Source: Candidatus Helarchaeota archaeon (lineage in GTDB: Archaea > Asgardarchaeota > Lokiarchaeia > Helarchaeales > RDOG01). From it: 64,000 nucleotides of DNA. Numbering within the stretch: position 1 is the stretch's first letter; the number at the start of each line of letters is the position of its first letter. The notes under the pieces are model-generated. The model saw only the letters and a program-made list of their open reading frames with translations, was not told the origin of the DNA and did no database searches. Shown one piece after another: positions 32,612-39,121 of this stretch. Position numbers and translations under genes: made by a program. The DNA is taken from contig JALGVI010000003.1 of the NCBI GenBank assembly GCA_029838215.1, forward strand, positions 68,699 through 132,698, given 5' to 3'.

Positions 32612-32996
32612 TTTAAAATTTCTGGCGAAGAAAGAAGTAGTTCTTTATGGTTCACGTGTTGATGAAAATCATCATGAGAGATCGGATATTGATATTGCGG
32701 TGATTACCAGAAATTCCAATAAAGATGAAAATCTAAAATATTTTTGGGATATTCTGGGAAAGGCACCTGCAATTTATGATATCAGAATATTTGAACTGCT
32801 TCCTTTAAAAATAAAGATCGAGATTGCAGACCAGTTCATTGTCATTTTTGGCGATAAGAGCGAAATATCTGAATATTTTTATTTTTATAGGAAATTATGG
32901 AAGGACTCAAAATGGCGAATCGAATCGAATCAATTTCGAGATTCGCGTGAAAAGATCTTTTTAATAAGAAAACATTTAGGCAAGAAGAATTGGTAA
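32586..32996 (+). CDS. mntA: Minimal nucleotidyltransferase antitoxin (MntA-like)
   Basis: LYGS-x10-DID (YGSRVDENHHERSDID); overlaps the HEPN gene. Confidence 0.88.
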   Translation: MNLEKIRNDLKFLAKKEVVLYGSRVDENHHERSDIDIAVITRNSNKDENLKYFWDILGKAPAIYDIRIFELLPLKIKIEIADQFIVIFGDKSEISEYFYFYRKLWKDSKWRIESNQFRDSREKIFLIRKHLGKKNW

Positions 32997-33051
32997 AATT
33001 TCTCTAATAAAAAAAGAAGTTTTTTAATGATTTCATTGCTCTATTTAAAAG

Positions 33052-33858
33052 TCATGGCAAGATGATCGTGTCAACGAAGAGTTCATACTCTTCATCCTCA
33101 TTTAAATCATGGACTCTAACTTTTTCTACGGAATTTGTTCCAATAATTTCTAATAATTCTGTTTCGAGTAACACCTTCACGTCAGAACGTTTCAATTTCT
33201 TTTTTAGTTCATCCGAACCAAAGATATATTTTAAAGCTGTCATCCAGATCACGCGCCCGGTAATTTTGGTCAAGTCAATTGCCAATTGGATGGTCTTTTC
33301 GCCATTTTCAACTATGAGCACTCGTTTATCTCGAAATTTCTCCAAGTCCTCATACTCTTTATAGACTCCTTTTTCAAGAAATTCATCGAGTCCGATGATT
33401 TCCTTTGGTTCTGTAACCACGACGCCCTTGCACGTGCCTTCGACTTGTGGTATTTCTTCTATGCCAGCACCGCCCCGGATACCGGATCTCCAATTCTTGA
33501 TGGCTTTATGGAGTGCATCCGCAGCAAGGTTTGAACAATGCATTTTTATTGGAGGCAGACCATCTAACTCTTCCGCCACGTTATTTCTCGTGATTTTCAT
33601 TGCCTCATCAAGGGTTTTTCCCTTTGCCATCTCAGTAATCATGCTACTAGTTGCCACGGCTGACCCGCAACCAAAGGTCTTGAATTTTATGTCGACAATG
33701 CGGTCATCTTGCACGCGAATGTAGATATCCATTAAATCGCCGCAAACGGGATTTCCAACGCGTCCAACGGCAACGTCGTCTCCTTCTAAAGTCCCTACAT
33801 TACGGGGATTTCGAAAATGTTCTAAAACTTTTGCTGAATATTGTGTCGATTTCATCAC
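33052..33858 (-). CDS. iscU: IscU/NifU Fe-S scaffold fused to a degenerate thioredoxin-reductase NAD(P)H-binding-like domain
   Basis: YSAKVLEHFRNPRNVG, GNPVCGD, FGCGSA, KMHCSNLA; C-terminal KGVY..FRDKRVLIV..VKVLLETELLEIIG..VEKVRV..ELFVDTII. Confidence 0.9.
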   Translation of the reverse strand: MMKSTQYSAKVLEHFRNPRNVGTLEGDDVAVGRVGNPVCGDLMDIYIRVQDDRIVDIKFKTFGCGSAVATSSMITEMAKGKTLDEAMKITRNNVAEELDGLPPIKMHCSNLAADALHKAIKNWRSGIRGGAGIEEIPQVEGTCKGVVVTEPKEIIGLDEFLEKGVYKEYEDLEKFRDKRVLIVENGEKTIQLAIDLTKITGRVIWMTALKYIFGSDELKKKLKRSDVKVLLETELLEIIGTNSVEKVRVHDLNEDEEYELFVDTIILP

Positions 33859-35030
33859 ATATCCTCCTCTGATGTTAATGGGGATAATTTACGCAGCCTT
33901 TCAACAACACCAGGAAGCACTTCAATGAGATAATCGATGTGTTCCTTTTTAGTATATTGACCCATCGTCACTTCAAGAGAACCGTGTGCCTCTTCGTGCA
34001 ACAGTCCGAGTGAAATCAACGTGTGTGATGGTTCAAGTGTTTTGGATGAGCATGCTGATCCTGTTGCGATTGAAATGCCTTCATCTTTTAATGATAAAAG
34101 AAGTGATTCTCCCTCGATATAATCAAATCTAAAATGAGCATTATTGGGCAATCTCTTTGTTGGATGGCCGTTTAGGTGTGATTTCGGAATGATTTCTAAA
34201 ATATTTTTTATGAGATAATCTCTTAATTCCGTTAATCTTTTTGCTTCTGCCGTCATGCTAATTTGAGCCAATTCCGTGGCTTTAGCCATGCCAACAATTC
34301 CTGCTACATCTTCTGTCCCTGATCTAAGACCTCTTTCTTGTCCTCCACCAATAATTATTGGATTGACCGTAACTCCCTTCCGAATGTAAAGTGCTCCAAC
34401 ACCTCGGGGACCATAGATATCATTTGATGATAGTGTTAACAAGTCGATTTTTAGTTGTTGAACGTCAATGGGAATTAGACCTTCTGCCGCAACGGCATCT
34501 GAATGGACTACAATGCCGTGTTCTCTTGCCATTTTCGTGATTTCTTCGATAGGTTGAATCGTGCCAATCTCATTATTTGCAAGTTGAACCGAAATTAATA
34601 TGGTATCTTCCCGAATTTTTTCTTTTAACTTGTCCAATTTAATGATACCATTAAAATCAACTGGAATTTTGGAGATTTCAAATCCGTTTTTCTGCAAGTA
34701 TTTTGCTATATTATGAATCGAGATGTGTTCAACTTCAGACACGATGACATGCTTTCCTTTCCGTTTATTTCTCATTGCATGTCCAATAATCGCCAAGTTA
34801 TTCGATTCCGTGGCTCCTGACGTAAAGATGATTTCTCTGGGTTCTGCCGCATTAATGAAATTAGCGACTTTTTTTCTACTGTCTTCTAATGCCTGAGTTG
34901 CAATGTCACCGTCATAGTGCAAGGATGAAGCATTAGCAAATTTTTTCAAAAAAAATGGTTTCATCGCCTCAAAAACTGCGGGATCTACTGGCTTTGAGGC
35001 TTGGTAATCCAAATATATGGTCTTCGTTAT
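33855..35030 (-). CDS. iscS: Cysteine desulfurase IscS/NifS; probable ATA start
   Basis: TIYLDYQAS, FTSGATESNNLA, EH, VHSDAV, RSGTE, ATGSACSS (catalytic Cys); the usual SSHK PLP-lysine position reads LSSNDIYGPRG, as in some archaeal variants. Confidence 0.93.
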   Translation of the reverse strand: MTKTIYLDYQASKPVDPAVFEAMKPFFLKKFANASSLHYDGDIATQALEDSRKKVANFINAAEPREIIFTSGATESNNLAIIGHAMRNKRKGKHVIVSEVEHISIHNIAKYLQKNGFEISKIPVDFNGIIKLDKLKEKIREDTILISVQLANNEIGTIQPIEEITKMAREHGIVVHSDAVAAEGLIPIDVQQLKIDLLTLSSNDIYGPRGVGALYIRKGVTVNPIIIGGGQERGLRSGTEDVAGIVGMAKATELAQISMTAEAKRLTELRDYLIKNILEIIPKSHLNGHPTKRLPNNAHFRFDYIEGESLLLSLKDEGISIATGSACSSKTLEPSHTLISLGLLHEEAHGSLEVTMGQYTKKEHIDYLIEVLPGVVERLRKLSPLTSEEDM

Positions 35031-35045
35031 TCATTTACCTCCTTT

Positions 35046-35408
35046 TTAGAACCACATCGTGCCGCCTGCATCTAAGACTAAATCGTTCAAAGTCGCAGCA
35101 CCAACTACTTTCACTCCGGGGATCAGGTCGACTTTTTCCCAGCCGAGCATCTGCTTAGATGCTTCACACACCAGAATTTCAATCCCCATTCCCTGTGCCT
35201 TCTCAATCATTTCCTTTATACTCGGGAATGACCCGAGTTTTATCTTCTCTGCTTCCCCAGTTTTAAGAATTTTTAAAGATGTCCCAAGATAATAAATCGT
35301 GGGCTTTAAATCCATTGCCTTTGCAGTTTGTGCCAACACGAGTGGTGGATATTGTTTTTCGGGGTTATCTGTTGTTATCACGTATAATAAAACTTTTTCA
35401 TCTTTCAT
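35046..35408 (-). CDS. DsrE/DsrF-like sulfur relay protein
   Basis: PLVLAQTAKAMD, IYYLG, ILVCEAS, GAATLNDL, C-terminal WF. Confidence 0.85.
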   Translation of the reverse strand: MKDEKVLLYVITTDNPEKQYPPLVLAQTAKAMDLKPTIYYLGTSLKILKTGEAEKIKLGSFPSIKEMIEKAQGMGIEILVCEASKQMLGWEKVDLIPGVKVVGAATLNDLVLDAGGTMWF

Positions 35409-35422
35409 TATTCAAAATCCTC

Positions 35423-35680
35423 CTATTTGGTTCTTCTGATTAAAAACCGAAGAATTCCTTCATCATTCTCGAAAAGTAACAATTCGTGTCCAGTTCGTTT
35501 TGCAAATCGTTTAAGATCCTCTTCTGCCGCTGGATCATCTGCAATAATTTCTAATACCTCACCTACCTTGATGGAGTCGATCGCTTCACGTGTTTCAAAA
35601 AGTGGAACTGGACAGTACAATCCGATAGTATCTATACTCTTATCTGGCTTGATATCTTTTCCCTCGGACGTTTCAAACAT
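35423..35680 (-). CDS. tusA: Sulfur carrier TusA/SirA
   Basis: IDTIGLYCPVPLFETR, GEVLEIIADDPAAEEDL..F..RTGH. Confidence 0.93.
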   Translation of the reverse strand: MFETSEGKDIKPDKSIDTIGLYCPVPLFETREAIDSIKVGEVLEIIADDPAAEEDLKRFAKRTGHELLLFENDEGILRFLIRRTK

Positions 35681-35921
35681 CTCCTATTGACGGGAATTAT
35701 TCTTTTAATAACAGCGTTATAGACTAATAAATTAAGAAGTTAGCGATATAAAAGAGTCACTATAAATTAGTAATATAACTATCAGGTAATGAACTTTTTG
35801 CACGTGCAAGATTCATTAAAAATCATGAGAAAATATGATAAATTATGCGTGTTTTCGCAAGTGAAGGAAAATCACGGGCTTTTCTGTCCTGTAATGACGT
35901 AATTATTCGAGGTTTCTTAAA

Positions 35922-38366
35922 ATTTGGCAGGAAGATCAATTTTATAAAGACTTTATCAAGGTAAAGGAAAAAATCAAGGCATTTTTAAATGTCCATCTTG
36001 AATCTAAAGAAAAACTAGCTCATGCTATTATTGAAAGAATAATATTTTATTATTTTCTTAGCGATATATATCCAAAATACGTGCCAAATCTTTTATCCAT
36101 TATCAAGAACAATGATTTTCCCACTAGTTTTTTTGAGGATTATTTAAAGCCCATTTTAATTTCCTTTCAAGAAAACAAATTTATTAAATATGTCGATTTT
36201 CAATTTCCTGTGGGCGTGCTACAAGTAATTTTTGGCTCGAGTTCTTCGGCATTACGTTCAACTTCACTACCCGATGAAATATGGCATGATTCCAACAATA
36301 CTGGCATTCTGGATCTCCTAAACGCTTACAAGTGGGCAAGCAATTATCAAGCAGAGAATGGTTCATCATTACTTCCAGATATTTTTAACACCATTTATTT
36401 AAGATCAATACAAGCACCGAAAAAGTCTGGTTCCTTTTATACTCCCGTTGAAATTGTTGAACGGATTTCACGAACTGCGATTAGGAATTTCATTCTTTTT
36501 CAATTAAATCAGCAACTAAATCAGAGTTATAACGACATGAAAGATGTCACGCGTGATTTGAAGACTCCGGAGCAAAAAAAAATCCTGAAAAAAATTCTAT
36601 CTTCTATCAAGATCATCGATCCTGCCATGGGGTCTGGTTTATTTATAATTTCTACTCTCAAGATACTGCTTGAGATGAGAATGAATTGTATCACTCTCGA
36701 TGAGCCACGTGACAAGCAATTTTACACGAAAAATAAACCCCCTTATTCGGCCTTGATGATCAAGCAAATAATAACATCAAACCTGTACGGTGTAGACCTT
36801 CAAGTGGAAGCCATTCGTCAATGTAAACTTCAAATATGGCTTTTTTATTTAGTAGGACTCCGTTCATTATCCAAGAATGAATTAGAACTTTTAAATTCTG
36901 ATCTAAGGCTGGAGTTCAATTTAAACGAAGGAAATAGTCTAATTGGACGACTAAACACAAATGAAGACAGGCAAATTTTTACCAAACTTGAAGAAACGAA
37001 AAAAATAAAGCCATTTCATTGGTGGAAGGCATTTCCCGGAGTCATGGCGTCTGGGGGATTTGATGTAGTCCTTGGAAACCCTCCTTACGGAGATCGAGTT
37101 CTTAGCCCATGGGAAAAATTAATCATTGAACGTTTATATCCAAAAAAAACGAGTAAAATTAAAGATCAAAAAGGATCGAAAAATGCTGCTTCTGTATTCA
37201 TCGAACGTATCCACTCATTGTTGAAACTGAATGGTGTATTCGGTCTTATCGTCCCGAATAGCATTGCTCGTTCTCGTGAGTTTTCAAAAACTCGAGACTT
37301 GTTGTTAGAAGATTTTCGACTTTTGGAAATTGGTGATGAAGGTGCACCCTTCAAAGGAGTCACGCTTGAAATGATCACCATTTTCGGAATCAAGTTAACT
37401 CAGAATCAAGATTATGAAATAAAGATAATAAATCATCGAAATCAACACGAGAAAAATGAAAATCGCGTGAAAAAAAGCGTCTTTAAAAAATATGATCGTT
37501 TCATGTTATATTGGGATGAAACATGGGAGCGTATTATTGACCGTGCTGAATTCAACATGATTGTTGGTAAAAGAGGGATGGTACCGCGAGACAAGATACA
37601 AAAACAACACGATTCCAAATTTAGAATTCCAGTTCTGTTCTCTGGCAAATCCATAAAGAAATACATGCTCGTTTCCAGCTTTTTTGAATGGGGATCAGAT
37701 GCGATTTTAGACTCAGCTGTAATCAGGAAAGCCATGGAATCCCCCATGCTTTTAGCAACGCGATTAGATAATTACATTCGAGCCACGTATAAACCCGCGG
37801 GATTTGTCCCGGGAGATAATGTCATTAAACTTACTTTGAACGAACCTAAATATTCACTAAAAGAAATATTATTAATTCTTAATTCGAAGCTTTTTGGATA
37901 TATCGTTCCTAAATATTTATTTAATCGATCACAGAAGACATCTTGGCTTCAATCAATAGTTCATTTAATTCCTCTTAAGAAAACTCCGCATCCGCCCGTA
38001 TTCGAATTCTTTTCTAATCTACTCATTCATTTAAATCAATATTATTACGATTCATTTCTATTAGAGAGCACCCGTAATGAAGAGATCGAAGACCTGATCA
38101 AATATTTCGAAGAAATGATTGCAGATACACTCGTATTTGAATTATATTTTTTACCACCTCAGAAAAATCTGCTTTGTCAATATTTAAATCAGTTAGAAAA
38201 ACCATTGAATTTTAATTTCAAAGAGATCTTGAGTTTTCAAAAACGTTTAAGACAAGATTCACGTCTTCATTCCTTAATTTCACGCATCCGAGAACTTGAA
38301 GTAGTTACCCTGATAGAAAATAATCCAAACGTTCAAGAAATAGAAAAGAAAAAAAGAGCATTTTAA
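35922..38366 (+). CDS. Gamma-class N6-adenine DNA methyltransferase with TRD (no nuclease domain seen); probable ATT start
   Basis: GSFYTP, IDPAMGSGLF, LYGVDL, FHWWKAFP, GFDVVLGNPPY; the frame is open from 35898 and the 53 codons upstream of GTG 36081 align to the N-terminus of the 24467 paralogue. Confidence 0.85.
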   Translation: MWQEDQFYKDFIKVKEKIKAFLNVHLESKEKLAHAIIERIIFYYFLSDIYPKYVPNLLSIIKNNDFPTSFFEDYLKPILISFQENKFIKYVDFQFPVGVLQVIFGSSSSALRSTSLPDEIWHDSNNTGILDLLNAYKWASNYQAENGSSLLPDIFNTIYLRSIQAPKKSGSFYTPVEIVERISRTAIRNFILFQLNQQLNQSYNDMKDVTRDLKTPEQKKILKKILSSIKIIDPAMGSGLFIISTLKILLEMRMNCITLDEPRDKQFYTKNKPPYSALMIKQIITSNLYGVDLQVEAIRQCKLQIWLFYLVGLRSLSKNELELLNSDLRLEFNLNEGNSLIGRLNTNEDRQIFTKLEETKKIKPFHWWKAFPGVMASGGFDVVLGNPPYGDRVLSPWEKLIIERLYPKKTSKIKDQKGSKNAASVFIERIHSLLKLNGVFGLIVPNSIARSREFSKTRDLLLEDFRLLEIGDEGAPFKGVTLEMITIFGIKLTQNQDYEIKIINHRNQHEKNENRVKKSVFKKYDRFMLYWDETWERIIDRAEFNMIVGKRGMVPRDKIQKQHDSKFRIPVLFSGKSIKKYMLVSSFFEWGSDAILDSAVIRKAMESPMLLATRLDNYIRATYKPAGFVPGDNVIKLTLNEPKYSLKEILLILNSKLFGYIVPKYLFNRSQKTSWLQSIVHLIPLKKTPHPPVFEFFSNLLIHLNQYYYDSFLLESTRNEEIEDLIKYFEEMIADTLVFELYFLPPQKNLLCQYLNQLEKPLNFNFKEILSFQKRLRQDSRLHSLISRIRELEVVTLIENNPNVQEIEKKKRAF

Positions 38367-38381
38367 CAAATGTTTAATTAA

Positions 38382-39074
38382 ATGCTTAGGCGACTTGGAA
38401 TGGACCTTAAAGATGAATTTATCAAGCGACTCATTGAATGGTTTGAAAAGAATAAAAGAGAGTTTAGCTGGAGAAAACCTGGATTAATTCCATTCCACTC
38501 TCTAATTGCCGAATTAATGCTACAGAAGACGGGTGCCAATCAAGTTGAAAAAATCTTTCCCGATTTCATAAAGAAATATCCGACTCCATCAAAAATCGTT
38601 GAAACCGACCTAGAGAAATTGGAACGAGAACTCGAGCCTCTCGGCTTGCAGAATCGACGCGCTCGAGATCTGAAAAAACTTTCCGAAACTATATTGGAAC
38701 TTAACGGCGAAGTTCCTTCGACTTTTGAAGGATTGATAGCATTGCCTGGCATCGGTGAATACATGGCTAATGCGATTCTTTGTTTTGCATTCAATCAAGA
38801 TGTTCCCATTGTCGATGCCAATGTCGCTAGAATAATGAAACGCGTTTTCTCGTTAAAGGTTAAAGATGCTCCAACTCGTGATAAGCGTTTATGGGAATAC
38901 GTGTCTTTTCTTATTGTTCCCGGACAGGCTAAAAAGATCAATTACGCATTGCTGGATTTTGGTGCTTTGGTTTGTATTGCTCGGAAGCCGAAATGTCAAG
39001 GTTGTTGCATGCTAAAAATCTGCCATCACGGAAAGAAACATGTCAATAAACTAATAGATGCCAAAAAAGAATAA
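38382..39074 (+). CDS. HhH-GPD DNA glycosylase with Fe-S cluster, MIG/TDG-like (MutY relative)
   Basis: REFSWR, AELMLQKT, LGLQNRRA, LPGIGEY, VDANV, DFGALVC..RKPKC..C..C. Confidence 0.85.
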   Translation: MLRRLGMDLKDEFIKRLIEWFEKNKREFSWRKPGLIPFHSLIAELMLQKTGANQVEKIFPDFIKKYPTPSKIVETDLEKLERELEPLGLQNRRARDLKKLSETILELNGEVPSTFEGLIALPGIGEYMANAILCFAFNQDVPIVDANVARIMKRVFSLKVKDAPTRDKRLWEYVSFLIVPGQAKKINYALLDFGALVCIARKPKCQGCCMLKICHHGKKHVNKLIDAKKE

Positions 39075-39121
39075 ACTTTCAAACCTGCACCGCTGGGGCT
39101 TTTAAAAAAAGAGAAATGGAT

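Noticed and set aside
32930-33054. UGA read-through (Sec) at the end of the IscU fusion, prompted by pstK
   Set aside because: Downstream frame (LLNRAMKSLKNFFF...) does not continue the TrxB pattern and runs into the convergent mntA gene; the UGA is not at a Cys position
35028-35048. dsrE and iscS in the same frame, suggesting a read-through fusion
   Set aside because: Two stops (TAA and TGA) intervene and a proper SD lies between them; same-frame adjacency occurs one time in three
19393-39074. Calling the methyltransferase-rich stretch a single defence island or BREX/DISARM system
   Set aside because: No pglZ, brxC, drmA/B, helicase or REase genes; the MTases are separated by core moeA and isc genes; no integrase, att sites or GC shift
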